Shown: positions 26,687 through 37,086, counted from the first letter of the stretch. The stretch is 57,049 bases of DNA from Pseudomonadota bacterium (GCA_034659075.1 JAYEGM010000194.1:10577-67625); one strand, 5' to 3'. The notes: generated from the letters alone by a model not told the origin. Numbers and translations: made by a program.

Positions 26687-28057
26687 CTATTGTTTTCGGC
26701 TGTTCTTCGGGTTGATATCCAGCGCCTTAAGTTTACGATAGAGGTGTGTTCTTTCCATGCCTACGATCTGAGCTAATTCACTAACATTGCCACCTACCTG
26801 TTTCAGGTGATGGAGCAAATAACTGCGCTCAAATTGATCACGAGCATCACGCAGTGACTGGTTGTAATCCGGTGCGGGTTCAGTAGATACTTCTGTCATT
26901 GTGCGATTACCGAGAGCTGACTGCACTTCTTCAACAGTAACTTCTTCACCACGGTTTAAAATTAGTAAACGTTGCACCAGGTTTTTTAATTCACGCACAT
27001 TACCTGGCCAGCTGTATTGTCGCAGCACGCTGAATGATGCAGCAGAGAAATGGCGAGAGGGAAGGTGCTCGACTCTGGTCATATAGTCCAGATAATATTC
27101 AATGAGTAAGGAGACATCTTCCGGGTAGTCCCGCAATGGTGGTATCTGGATCGGTACTACATTTAATCGATAATAAAGATCCTCGCGAAAATTACCGGCT
27201 GTAACTTCTTCTTCAAGATTGTGCGTCGTGGCAGCTATAACACGTACATCGAGGTCTACCGGTGTACTGCCGCCCACGCGCAGGAAGCGGTTTTCCCGCA
27301 GCGCACCGATCAGTTTGGCCTGAGTGCCAGGATCCATGTCTGCTATTTCGTCCAGTAGCAGCGTGCCGCCTTTTGCCTGCTCAAATGAACCTGCCGTGAC
27401 CACACCATCTTTTTCCGAGCCGAACATTTGCACGGCAATATTTTCTGCTGGAATGGCCGCCAGATTGATTGTCACCAGCTCGGCTTCTGCCCGTCGGCTG
27501 AGTTTATGTATCATGCGGGCAGCGACTTCCTTACCGCTACCCGGTTCACCTGTAACCAGAACCCAACTTTCAGTGTTAGCAACAAGCTTTATCTGCCCTC
27601 GCAGCTGTTGCATGCTTTGGCTATCTCCAATCAGCTCATTGAGAGGCTGTAATTGCTGCCGCAACTGAATATTTTCGTTGCGTAACTGAACATTTTGCAG
27701 GGCTCTTTGCACGGTGACCAGGAGTTTTGCCATAGAGAGTGGCTTTTCAAGAAAATCATAGGCACCGAAGCGTATTGCTTCTACTGCAGTTTCAACATTT
27801 CCATGACCCGACATCATTACTACCGATGGGGGGGCTTCTTCATTTTGCATCCATTCTTTTAGCAGGCTGATGCCATCAGTACCGGGCATCCAGATATCCA
27901 GCAATACAAGGTCGGGTGTGAATTCACTCAGTGCCTTGCGTGCTTCTTCAGCATTATTGGCAGTGGCGACGATGTAATCTTCATCTTCAAGAATTTCCTG
28001 TACCAGCCGACAGATTTCCGGCTCATCATCAGTGATTAGAATGCGATTATTTTTCAT
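26687..28057 (-). CDS. ntrX: NtrX-type response regulator (REC-AAA+-HTH, GAFTGA-less)
   Basis: 456 aa. REC (ILITDDE...LLDIWMPGTDG), AAA+ Walker A GEPGSGKE, C-terminal Fis-type HTH. The region aligned to GAFTGA reads FGSEKDGVVTAGSFEQA. Confidence 0.8.
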   Translation of the reverse strand: MKNNRILITDDEPEICRLVQEILEDEDYIVATANNAEEARKALSEFTPDLVLLDIWMPGTDGISLLKEWMQNEEAPPSVVMMSGHGNVETAVEAIRFGAYDFLEKPLSMAKLLVTVQRALQNVQLRNENIQLRQQLQPLNELIGDSQSMQQLRGQIKLVANTESWVLVTGEPGSGKEVAARMIHKLSRRAEAELVTINLAAIPAENIAVQMFGSEKDGVVTAGSFEQAKGGTLLLDEIADMDPGTQAKLIGALRENRFLRVGGSTPVDLDVRVIAATTHNLEEEVTAGNFREDLYYRLNVVPIQIPPLRDYPEDVSLLIEYYLDYMTRVEHLPSRHFSAASFSVLRQYSWPGNVRELKNLVQRLLILNRGEEVTVEEVQSALGNRTMTEVSTEPAPDYNQSLRDARDQFERSYLLHHLKQVGGNVSELAQIVGMERTHLYRKLKALDINPKNSRKQ

Positions 28058-28080
28058 TGTTTTTAAGATGTGTATTGTTG

Positions 28081-30282
28081 CTACTCATTTAAATTATATA
28101 TTTTTACCGGTAACTGGATGGTAAAGCAGCTGCCATTATTTTTCATATTTTTTACCCAGATAGTGCCGCCGTGTTCATCGATAATCTTTTTCACGATTGC
28201 CAGGCCCAGGCCGCCGCCTTTTTCCTTGCTGGTGACATAAGGCTCGAACAGGTTATCCAGCAGCTCTTTCTGTATCCCCGGCCCATTATCTTCAAAATGG
28301 ATAGTGACGATGTTTGTCTGCTTGCCGATACCGGATTCGGTACTGACCCGCAGCTGTGCATGTTCGGTTTGCCTGAGTGCATGGATAGCGTTGACTATCA
28401 GGTTGTTAAATACCTGGCGCATGCGACCCGAGTCGAGCATCATCGGTGAAATGGATTCATCCAGCGACAGCTTGATCTCGACCGGTTCATTATGCCCTTT
28501 ATGGAGTTCGACGACATCAGCGAGCAACTGGTTCAGGTCCACATTATTAATATTCATGCTGACCGGCTGAGCATAGTTGGAGAAGGCATTCACCATTTCT
28601 TTCATTGATTCAACCTGCTCAGAGATGGTGCGGGTTGCACGGTCCAGTGTTTGTTTCTCGCTGTCATCGAGGGTATGCAGGTATTTCTGTCTGATTCGCT
28701 CGGCTGACAGCTGGATAGGGGTCAGCGGGTTCTTGATTTCATGGGCCAGGCGCCTGGCAACTTCTCCCCAGGCGGCATCGCGCTGTGCCTGCAGCATGAC
28801 AGTGATGTCGTCGAAAACAAAAACATAACCTGATTCGCCCGCCTGCTTGCCGGGCAGGCGCGTACCGCGACAGAGTAGAACCTGTTTGCCGCGAGAGCTA
28901 AAGAGAACCAGTTCTTCATCCCATTCAGGTTTATTCGCTGACATGGTTTCGTTGAGTACGGAGAAAAAATTTTTTAGTGATGGCTGTGTCCGGGCCAGTG
29001 AATGTAAATCCTGATCATACAGTTCATCCATTTTTTCTATACCCAGTATTTCACAGGCACGGCTATTATGGGCACGCAAACGACGGTCGGCATCAAAGGA
29101 CAGGACACCGGACGACAGGTGGCTGAGTATGGTTTCCAGATAAGTATGTTGTTCGACCAGCCTGGCCTGGCTGGTCTGCGCATTTTCGCGTGCCCTGGAG
29201 ATCTGCTGGGTCATGCGGTTGAATGACTTTATCAAAATGCCGAATTCATCACTGGAGGTGACGGGCAGCTGTGTGCTGTAGTTGCCGTCGGCGACTGCCT
29301 GGGTGCCCTCGGCCAGTTCCCGCAATGGTGATGCCAGGCGACGGGCGGAAAAAGTAGCTGTCCAGACGGCAAGCAGCAATGTCATCAGGCTGACCAGGCT
29401 TAATGTCATTATAAAACCGAATTTGATCGGGCCGCGCAGGTAGAGTAATCGATCATACTCACCGATTGCTGTATTGATACTGGATTCCAGGTTTGCAAAG
29501 CGCAGAGGAATTGGTTTGATTGCCTGCAGTACATTAGGTGTCATACCCACCGATGCGGAGGGTACGATAACAGCGATTCGAAGTATCTGGCTACCATCTA
29601 TGCCGGTTTCCTGATCTGCATAAACGCCCTGCGTGCTGAGTGAAGTGAAGACGCGCTCATCAGGCTGCGAAGGGAGTAAGGTTCCTGGCTGCATGGAGCT
29701 GGAGGCAAGAATCCGGCCTCGCTGGGTGAACATGGCGGTTTCACTGTAATTTTCTTCACGCCGAATACGATCAAGCAGGCTGATCATTTCAAGGCTGTCA
29801 GTCGTTTCTTCTAAATCTGCAACGTAGCGTATCAGTGTGTCGACCTGTCCTTCTTTTAATGATTTCAACGACACCTGGCCAAGCAGAGTGGCATCGGACA
29901 TGGCCTGTTCAATGCGCACATCAAACCAGCTGTCGATGCCGTGGCTGAGAAATTGTGTTGAGATATAATAGACGACTGACAGCGGCATAAAGGCAAGCAG
30001 TGTGAACATGCCGACCATGCGCAAGGTGAGTCGTGAACCGATAACCTTCGCTCGTACCTGCTGGATCAGTTTGTAAACACTCCCCAGGTTCAGTACCAGC
30101 AGAATGAAGATGCCAACCAGGTTGATAACCAGTAGTGGTGCGTAGAGTTCAGACAGCTGCGTCGTGTTTTGTGCGGCTATGCTGAGCAGCAAAAGAGCCG
30201 CTAACAATATTAACGACAGAATCAGTGACGATGCAGGACTGCCAATGATATTTTTTAGTGTCTGAGAGGCCACTCTGTCCAC
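28081..30282 (-). CDS. ntrY: NtrY-type sensor histidine kinase
   Basis: 733 aa. N-terminal TM segments, HAMP, PAS, H-box AHEIKNPLTPIQLSAERI, HATPase (GGGLGLAIVKKI). Confidence 0.82.
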   Translation of the reverse strand: MDRVASQTLKNIIGSPASSLILSLILLAALLLLSIAAQNTTQLSELYAPLLVINLVGIFILLVLNLGSVYKLIQQVRAKVIGSRLTLRMVGMFTLLAFMPLSVVYYISTQFLSHGIDSWFDVRIEQAMSDATLLGQVSLKSLKEGQVDTLIRYVADLEETTDSLEMISLLDRIRREENYSETAMFTQRGRILASSSMQPGTLLPSQPDERVFTSLSTQGVYADQETGIDGSQILRIAVIVPSASVGMTPNVLQAIKPIPLRFANLESSINTAIGEYDRLLYLRGPIKFGFIMTLSLVSLMTLLLAVWTATFSARRLASPLRELAEGTQAVADGNYSTQLPVTSSDEFGILIKSFNRMTQQISRARENAQTSQARLVEQHTYLETILSHLSSGVLSFDADRRLRAHNSRACEILGIEKMDELYDQDLHSLARTQPSLKNFFSVLNETMSANKPEWDEELVLFSSRGKQVLLCRGTRLPGKQAGESGYVFVFDDITVMLQAQRDAAWGEVARRLAHEIKNPLTPIQLSAERIRQKYLHTLDDSEKQTLDRATRTISEQVESMKEMVNAFSNYAQPVSMNINNVDLNQLLADVVELHKGHNEPVEIKLSLDESISPMMLDSGRMRQVFNNLIVNAIHALRQTEHAQLRVSTESGIGKQTNIVTIHFEDNGPGIQKELLDNLFEPYVTSKEKGGGLGLAIVKKIIDEHGGTIWVKNMKNNGSCFTIQLPVKIYNLNE

Positions 30283-30827
30283 TTGCTGTTTAGGTGCCAG
30301 GATGATGAAAAATAGGCCAGTGGACGCATCATGGCCGGTAACTTACCCAGATCCAGCTTGATGCGCGCATCGAGTGCATACCTTTTTCCCTGTATTAATG
30401 GCTGTTCCAAAGGCAGGTTCAACTGTTTGAAGACCCCTAATCTTTCCAGTGCCTCACTCTGGCTGCCAAAGCTTTCCTGCTGATTCAGTAAATCTGGCCT
30501 GCTAACCACATATTCATCCGATACCGGTTTATAGGATATGGCAATAGGCACAGTCCAGATGGCCACTTCCTTGTCCCATACATAACTGCGCACACGTCTA
30601 AGGACAAATTCCATATTTAACTGCAGCGGGATGCTCTTGCTCAGGGCCTTTCTTACATCATCAGTCAGGTTCAGGGTAAGTTTTCCATCAACCTGAATAG
30701 ACTCATCGTCATGGCGGGCTTCTATATGGTCAATGGTGAAGCCGCGGCTGCTGGCCGCAGAGGACCACAGCGAGAGCAGCAACAGACAGAGTATGGGTCG
30801 AATATTAGTTTTTTTGCAGGCAAGCAT
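30255..30827 (-). CDS. DUF4390 domain-containing protein
   Basis: Signal-peptide-bearing ORF between rsmB and ntrY, the usual place for DUF4390. I prefer ATG 30827 (MLACKK...) to the longer track ORF ending at 30875. Confidence 0.62.
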   Translation of the reverse strand: MLACKKTNIRPILCLLLLSLWSSAASSRGFTIDHIEARHDDESIQVDGKLTLNLTDDVRKALSKSIPLQLNMEFVLRRVRSYVWDKEVAIWTVPIAISYKPVSDEYVVSRPDLLNQQESFGSQSEALERLGVFKQLNLPLEQPLIQGKRYALDARIKLDLGKLPAMMRPLAYFSSSWHLNSKWTEWPLRH

Positions 30828-32127
30828 AAAAGAAGCCGTCCATCTGGTGTTCGCCTGGCAGAATTTGTATTCCATGCTGGCGTGAGTGACCGTAGTTTAC
30901 ATCTATACGCTGTTCATTTGCATGATCTTCTTGCAACAGGAAGCTGGAAATGACATTTTCGTTCTCCTGCGGCAGGATAGAGCAGGTAGCATAGAGTAAT
31001 TTGCCGCCCTTTTTCAGCAATGGCCATAGCGCAATTATTAGCTGTAGCTGCTGTTGCGCCAGCTGATCAATGTCTGTGGCACGGCGCAGCAGTTTGATGT
31101 CGGGGTGACGGCGAATGACGCCGGTGCCGGAGCAGGGGGCGTCCAGCAGTATGCGATCATACCTCTGATTATCCCACCATGTATCGGGCTTACCGGCATC
31201 TCCCTGTATGACATCAACTTTTTGCCCCAGCCGCTCCAGGTTTTGAACGATACGCAGCAGGCGTTGTGGGTCCAGCTCCAGTGCAGTCAATTCAACCTTG
31301 CCATTTGATGCTTCTACTATATGGGCCGTTTTCCCCCCGGGCGCAGCACAGGCATCGAGTACCCGCTGACCATCCTGCAGATCAAGCAGGCCTGCTGCAA
31401 GTTGTGGTGCTATGTCCTGAACAGAAACCAGTCCTTCGTCAAAACCGGGTAATCCTTCTATCTGGCAGGGCGTTTCCAGCGTAATGCCGGAGGGTGTTAT
31501 GTCACTGCCCAGGGCTGGAATGCCGGATGATTCAAGTTGATCAAGGTAGTCTTTACGGCTAGTGCGCTGGACATTAATACGCAGTGACATGGGTGCCTGT
31601 TTATTGTTTTCATCTGTAATGTCCCGCCATGATTCAGGCCATGAGTTCTGGATTATCTGTAACAGCCATTGCGGGTGGGAGCTTGTGGCTAGCGGATCCT
31701 GGTCTATCTTTATCTTTAGCGACTCAGCCTGCCGCAGATAGTTCCTCAACACGCCGTTGACCAGGCCCTTGGCCCATTTTTTCTTTAATGTATAAACGAT
31801 ATTAACGGCTTCCGATACTATTCCATGTCTGGCGATATCGGTTTTCGATAGCTGAAACAGTGCCGATAGCAGAAGAAAATGTATGTCCCGGTGTTTGCGC
31901 TGCAGGGGCTTGTCCAGCAGTTGCGAGAGAATTATTTCCATTTGCTGATACCAGCGCAGCGTGCCAAGACATATGGATCTGGCAAATGAAACATCACGGG
32001 CATCGGCTAACTTGTCAATACCGGCATCCTGCAGAGCTTTGTCACTGTTGAATCCTTTATCAGCGACTAGCTGCACAGCTCTGCTGGCAACTATCCTGGC
32101 AGATGTTTTATCGTTGGCCCGGGTCAT
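30805..32127 (-). CDS. rsmB: 16S rRNA (cytosine967-C5)-methyltransferase
   Basis: 440 aa. NusB-like N-terminus plus SAM methyltransferase motifs (DACAAPGGKT, DAPCSGTGV, YATCS). Classic fmt-rsmB linkage. Confidence 0.93.
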   Translation of the reverse strand: MTRANDKTSARIVASRAVQLVADKGFNSDKALQDAGIDKLADARDVSFARSICLGTLRWYQQMEIILSQLLDKPLQRKHRDIHFLLLSALFQLSKTDIARHGIVSEAVNIVYTLKKKWAKGLVNGVLRNYLRQAESLKIKIDQDPLATSSHPQWLLQIIQNSWPESWRDITDENNKQAPMSLRINVQRTSRKDYLDQLESSGIPALGSDITPSGITLETPCQIEGLPGFDEGLVSVQDIAPQLAAGLLDLQDGQRVLDACAAPGGKTAHIVEASNGKVELTALELDPQRLLRIVQNLERLGQKVDVIQGDAGKPDTWWDNQRYDRILLDAPCSGTGVIRRHPDIKLLRRATDIDQLAQQQLQLIIALWPLLKKGGKLLYATCSILPQENENVISSFLLQEDHANEQRIDVNYGHSRQHGIQILPGEHQMDGFFYACLQKN

Positions 32128-33058
32128 TGACCGTGTTCTCCAGCACTGTTCCGCTATCCATCTTCATACCATTCAGGAAGTTTGCCGCGCACAGCGCTTT
32201 ACCGCCCGGGCGCTGTAATTTTCGAATACGTAAAACACCTTTTCCACAGGCGACGCGAATGCCTGATTTGTCTGCCGAGAGGATGGTTCCCGGACCCGCT
32301 GACAAACTTTCATCACAGCATTCAGCCTGTAATATTCGCAATTTGCAGCCTCTGTAGCAGGTCTGTGTGCCGGGCCAGGGGTTGAAAGCGCGGATACGCC
32401 GTTCTATCACCCCGCAATCCTCTGACCAGTCAATATCACTCTCCAATTTACTGATTTTTTTTGCATAGCTGCTTAACGCATTCTCCTGTGAAACGGCATT
32501 CTCCTGATAGCCGGCGAGATTAGCCAGAACATCGGTGATTGCCACCGCACCTGTATCTGCCAGCCGGTCATGCAGTAATTCCACGGTGTCTGTCTGTTCG
32601 ATAATGACCGGGTATTGCGCAAGAATATCTCCGGTGTCGAGGCCGGAATCCATCTGCATGATGGTAATTCCTGTTTCTTTATCGCCGGCTTCAATTGCCC
32701 GGTGTATCGGCGCCGCACCTCGCCAATGGGGAAGCAGGGATGCATGTATATTCAGGCAGCCATGTACAGGTATTTCCAGTATTTCCGGTGGCAGAAGCAG
32801 GCCATAGGCTACCACGACCATGGCATCGGCAGAAAAGGCTTTCATTTTTGTTGAGGCTTCTTTCAATGAGGCGGGCTGCTCAATCAGCAGGCCGTGTTTC
32901 TGTGCACATTCCTTTATCGGCCCGGGCCGGGTTTGTCTGCCACGACCGGCCTGTCGGTCTGGCTGGGTATAGACCGCTACAACCTCGTGTCCGGCTGCAA
33001 GTATTGCCTCCAGAGCGGGAACAGAAAATTCCGGCGTGCCGGCAAAGATAATTCTCAT
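32108..33058 (-). CDS. fmt: methionyl-tRNA formyltransferase
   Basis: 316 aa (MRIIFAGTPEF, NIHASLLPHWRGAAPI). Downstream of def. Confidence 0.94.
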   Translation of the reverse strand: MRIIFAGTPEFSVPALEAILAAGHEVVAVYTQPDRQAGRGRQTRPGPIKECAQKHGLLIEQPASLKEASTKMKAFSADAMVVVAYGLLLPPEILEIPVHGCLNIHASLLPHWRGAAPIHRAIEAGDKETGITIMQMDSGLDTGDILAQYPVIIEQTDTVELLHDRLADTGAVAITDVLANLAGYQENAVSQENALSSYAKKISKLESDIDWSEDCGVIERRIRAFNPWPGTQTCYRGCKLRILQAECCDESLSAGPGTILSADKSGIRVACGKGVLRIRKLQRPGGKALCAANFLNGMKMDSGTVLENTVNDPGQR

Positions 33059-33098
33059 AGGGCTGTGTTAATTTGTTATTCAGTAATGGTTGTCAGGA

Positions 33099-33593
33099 CT
33101 ATTTTTGCGCTTTCAGCATCTTTTTTTTGATTCGGTCCTGCTTCAGACGTGACAGGTAGTCAACAAATACTTTGCCATCGAGATGGTCGATTTCGTGCTG
33201 GATACAAATCCCGAGCAGGCCTTCGGCAACCAGCTCAAATGTTTCGCCATCTTTGTCCTGCGCACGGACACAGATTTTCTCGCCACGGCTTACCTGTGCA
33301 TAGATGCCGGGAACCGACAGGCATCCTTCTTCCTGTTCGGTGCAGCCCTCGGTATGAATAATCTGTGGATTCACCATTGCCAGTAGTGAGTCCTTACTAT
33401 CACTAATATCTATGACAATTATGCGCTCCAGTACATTAACCTGGGGGGCAGCCAGGCCAATCCCGGGTGCCGCATACATGGTTTCTGACATGTCTGCGAT
33501 TAGCGTTTGAATACGCTTGTCAACTTGTTCAACCGGTCGCGCTTTTGCATGGAGTCGCGGGTCAGGATAGATTAGTATGTCTAGCAGGGCCAT
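33099..33593 (-). CDS. def: peptide deformylase
   Basis: 164 aa with the three PDF motifs: GIGLAAPQV, EGCLS, HEIDH. Confidence 0.95.
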   Translation of the reverse strand: MALLDILIYPDPRLHAKARPVEQVDKRIQTLIADMSETMYAAPGIGLAAPQVNVLERIIVIDISDSKDSLLAMVNPQIIHTEGCTEQEEGCLSVPGIYAQVSRGEKICVRAQDKDGETFELVAEGLLGICIQHEIDHLDGKVFVDYLSRLKQDRIKKKMLKAQK

Positions 33594-33888
33594 ATTTGAT
33601 GATTATTTAAGGGTGCTCATTGCCGAATTATACCCTGTGACTATAGAGATACACCTTTAAATGGGGCTGTTTTTAGCATTTTGTAGTGATAATTGGTGAA
33701 TTAATTGCAGAGAATGCTTGCCCTGAACCTGATTTGCAGTGTAAGTTAGATCAAAATATGAAGAAATTACTTTAACTAGGTGCTATGATCCTTTGAAAAA
33801 CCGATGGAAGTGTGCCTTTTGTAGATAGCCGACATGGTCAGGTTCGGTGTATTCATCTAGACTTCCAGAAAAAGACGGGATAGACCAC

Positions 33889-34938
33889 ATGAAGATTCTT
33901 AACTCACTAAAAATTGTTCTTCTGTTGACGGCTTTTGCCGTATCCGCAGCCGCGAGTGCTGCCTCGGTAGAACTGGCTGACAATCACCCGGTTGATTATA
34001 CCGTGGTAAAAGGAGATACCCTGTGGGATATCTCAGGGAAGTTTCTCAAGGATCCCTGGCGCTGGCCGGAGATTTGGCGTCAGAACACCTATATCCAAAA
34101 CCCCGATTTAATCTATCCTGGCGACAGGCTGGTGTTGCGTTACACAGATGGTCAGCCGTATCTGGAGCATCTTAGCGGACGTGAACGGGCTGCCAGGAAG
34201 GTCGTGAAAATGGGGCCGGCCGTCTATATTGAGAAGCTGGATAATGCTATTCCTGTTATTCCGCCGCAGGTAATCCTGGCATTTCTGGAAGAGAGAGAGA
34301 TCGTCGAGTCACGAAATCTTGACAATCTGGCCTATGTTACAGAAGGCATCAATCATGAAGTTGTGCTCGGCGCCCTGAGTGATATGTATGTGCGCAAGAT
34401 TGATGGGGCACCGGGTTCAAGGTTTAAGATCATCAGAATGCGTGGGGCATTGATCAATCCTGATAATAAAAAGGTAATTGCTTACGAAACGGAGACGATA
34501 GGTGAGGCGGAAATGCTGCGGCCGGGCGATCCTGCAAAGCTCCGGATTATCAAGTCCAGCAAAGAGATCAATCAGGGCGACCGACTGGTACCGGCAGTAA
34601 CTACACTGAGTTTGCCCTATTATCACCCAAAGCCTTTCAGGGAACCTGTATCAATGAATATACTGGGTGCTGTATCAGAAATGGCTGAGTACGGCCCCGG
34701 GGATGTAGTAACACTTTCAGCAGGTTCAGATCAGGGGCTGGAGCCAGGACATGTCTTACAGACGATGCGTGACAGAGGCGTTCAGAGAGATCCTGTGACG
34801 AAGGAAAAATACAGGCTACCCATTGAGCGCAGCGGGATAATCATGATCTTTAAGACCTATGGAAAAATCAGCTATGGCCTGATCATGCGTTCTAACCAGG
34901 GTGTGGCGGTTAATGACAAGGTCATTAACCTGGAGTGA
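33889..34938 (+). CDS. LysM peptidoglycan-binding domain protein
   Basis: Signal peptide followed by a LysM motif (YTVVKGDTLWDISGKFL...NPDLIYPGDRL). Conserved position divergent from def. I prefer ATG 33889 to the track start at 33847. Confidence 0.85.
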   Translation: MKILNSLKIVLLLTAFAVSAAASAASVELADNHPVDYTVVKGDTLWDISGKFLKDPWRWPEIWRQNTYIQNPDLIYPGDRLVLRYTDGQPYLEHLSGRERAARKVVKMGPAVYIEKLDNAIPVIPPQVILAFLEEREIVESRNLDNLAYVTEGINHEVVLGALSDMYVRKIDGAPGSRFKIIRMRGALINPDNKKVIAYETETIGEAEMLRPGDPAKLRIIKSSKEINQGDRLVPAVTTLSLPYYHPKPFREPVSMNILGAVSEMAEYGPGDVVTLSAGSDQGLEPGHVLQTMRDRGVQRDPVTKEKYRLPIERSGIIMIFKTYGKISYGLIMRSNQGVAVNDKVINLE

Positions 34939-35017
34939 CCACTTACTCCCCCGCTGCCGATTAATGCTGCAGGTCGTATATTAAATAATAGTCAGACAAG
35001 GATGGTCTGGGAAACCG

Positions 35018-36178
35018 ATGGATGAAGAACTTACCGCCCGTCTGGCATTGAACAGGGTGTCGGGTGTTGGCCCTGCAGCCTTTTCAAACCTTTTTCAATG
35101 TTTCAGTTCCGCTAGCGCAGTCTTTAAGGCTAACCGGACGCAGTTATCTCGCATCTCGGGTGTGTCAGATGATGCAGTCGATATACTCCTCAAAGGGATA
35201 GACGCAACAAATGTTGAACAGGATATGCTATGGCTGGAGGAAAACGCCTGTCACCGGGTAATCTTTTTCCAGCACCAGGGCTATCCTGATCTGCTTACCA
35301 GAATTCACCGCCCCCCTCCGGTATTGTTCCTGAAAGGCAATGCCAGCTTGCTGCACACGCCTCAATTAGCCATCGTCGGCAGTCGCAATCCGACAGCGGG
35401 TGGTATTGAGAATGCGCGCGCATTTTCAAGTGAACTTGCTGCCTGTGGCTTAACCATTACTTCAGGCCTGGCAGCAGGGATTGATGGCGCTGCTCATCAG
35501 GGGGCACTGTCAGCAAGGGATAGCACGGGCAAGTCTGGTAAAACAATCGCCGTTGCGGCAACTGGCCTTGACAGGATATACCCGGCACATAATCGGGAGT
35601 TGGCACATGAAATTGTAGAAAAAGGTTTGCTGATATCGGAGTTTCCGATAGGGGTCGCCCCTTTACAGGCTAATTTTCCTCGCCGAAACCGTGTGATAAG
35701 TGGCTTGTCACTGGGGACGCTGGTTGTGGAAGCGGCCAGGCGAAGCGGTTCACTCATTTCTGCCCGATGTGCGATGGAGCAGGATAGAGAGGTCTTTGCT
35801 ATACCCGGCTCAATTCATTCTCCCCAGTCTCGTGGCTGTCACTGGCTTATTAAACAGGGGGCGAAGCTGGTTGAAACCGCAGAGGACATTGCTGAAGAAA
35901 TTCTGATGATGCTGCCTGATGTGTCAAAAGAGCATGAAGATACAGGTGGCAATAGTAATAATAAGTGTAAGGATACGGTGCTCGAGCTGCCAGAGCAGGA
36001 GCGGTTATTGTTGGATGCACTGGGATTCGACCCAGTGCCACTGGATAGTTTGATATCACGTACTGGCATGGGAATTGAAGAATTATCGGTGAATATTAGC
36101 CAGCTGGAGCTGAAGGGGTTGATAGAAAGCCTGCCAGGAGGGGTGTTTAGCAGGCGGGTCAAATTAAGATGTCAGTAA
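35018..36178 (+). CDS. dprA: DNA-processing protein DprA
   Basis: 386 aa. DprA/Smf Rossmann core (IVGSRNPT, GLAAGIDGAAHQGAL, FPRRNRVISGLS) and a C-terminal winged-helix domain. Confidence 0.93.
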   Translation: MDEELTARLALNRVSGVGPAAFSNLFQCFSSASAVFKANRTQLSRISGVSDDAVDILLKGIDATNVEQDMLWLEENACHRVIFFQHQGYPDLLTRIHRPPPVLFLKGNASLLHTPQLAIVGSRNPTAGGIENARAFSSELAACGLTITSGLAAGIDGAAHQGALSARDSTGKSGKTIAVAATGLDRIYPAHNRELAHEIVEKGLLISEFPIGVAPLQANFPRRNRVISGLSLGTLVVEAARRSGSLISARCAMEQDREVFAIPGSIHSPQSRGCHWLIKQGAKLVETAEDIAEEILMMLPDVSKEHEDTGGNSNNKCKDTVLELPEQERLLLDALGFDPVPLDSLISRTGMGIEELSVNISQLELKGLIESLPGGVFSRRVKLRCQ

Positions 36179-36287
36179 ATCCAGGTAAAAAATATCTGAA
36201 TATTATAAATTGCTTGATATATTAATTTAAGAAAGTGAATACCCGGTTGGTAAATTAAGCCATCTATAGTGTGATTGTTGAGTAATC

Positions 36288-36296
36288 TGCTATAAT
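36288..36296 (+). promoter_or_regulatory. possible extended -10 promoter element (TGCTATAAT)
   Basis: TGnTATAAT match in the AT-rich dprA-smg spacer. No convincing -35. Sequence pattern only. Confidence 0.3.
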
Positions 36297-36436
36297 TTGA
36301 ATTAAATATAGAGGTAAATCTGCGATTTGGCGATGTTATTGACTGATAAATGCCATCACTGCATTGAAGTGACACTCTGCCGGCAGACTTTCGTCTGCAC
36401 GGTAAGCCTCTCTTTCCCCTGGAACCCGGCCCTGCC

Positions 36437-36928
36437 ATGAAAGACAATATGCTGGATGTGCTTATGTACATCTTTGAAAATTTTATTGATGATGATTACG
36501 AGCAAGCCGAAGAGCCTGATGCGACGACGCTTACTACGGAGCTTGGTTATGCCGGTTTTAAGCAGGGTGAGATCACTAAAGCATTCGCATGGCTGGAGGA
36601 TCTGTCTGTACTTTGTGAGCAGGATGATTATCCTCATTCAATCGGTACTTCCACATCCAGCACACGCGTTTATTCTGGGCGGGAACGGGAGAAAATATCC
36701 TTGCCTGCTATTGGCTTTCTCACACGGCTTGAATTTTATAAGATAATCACGCCCTCGGTGCGTGAAGTGGTACTGGATCGTGCCATGGCCCTGGAGTCAG
36801 AAATCATTGATCTGGATCAGATGAAATGGGTAGCAATGATGGTTCTCTACAACCAGCCGGGCAGAGAGACCAACTACCTGTGGCTCGAAAATCTACTGTT
36901 TGAGCTAGAACAGGATGTCCTTCACTGA
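36437..36928 (+). CDS. smg: Smg protein (DUF494)
   Basis: 163 aa. The N-terminus (DVLMYIFENF) and the position between dprA and topA are typical of smg. Confidence 0.88.
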   Translation: MKDNMLDVLMYIFENFIDDDYEQAEEPDATTLTTELGYAGFKQGEITKAFAWLEDLSVLCEQDDYPHSIGTSTSSTRVYSGREREKISLPAIGFLTRLEFYKIITPSVREVVLDRAMALESEIIDLDQMKWVAMMVLYNQPGRETNYLWLENLLFELEQDVLH

Positions 36929-36982
36929 GACTTTTATTTTCCATTAGCTATTTGTTTTTAATAAGAATAATTTAATATTTCT

Positions 36983-37015
36983 CATCAGAAATTCTGATGG
37001 TGTTTGTTTTCTTCT
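36983..37015 (+). terminator. weak hairpin plus T-rich tract after smg
   Basis: CATCAGAA-A-TTCTGATG palindrome at 36983-36999, followed by the T-rich GTGTTTGTTTTCTTCTT. Confidence 0.4.
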
Positions 37016-37086
37016 TCAGTTCTTGGCAGAATCGCCGCTTGCTGTGATCCGTACAGCCCGTGTAATCCAGTTGGTAATCACGCCAT

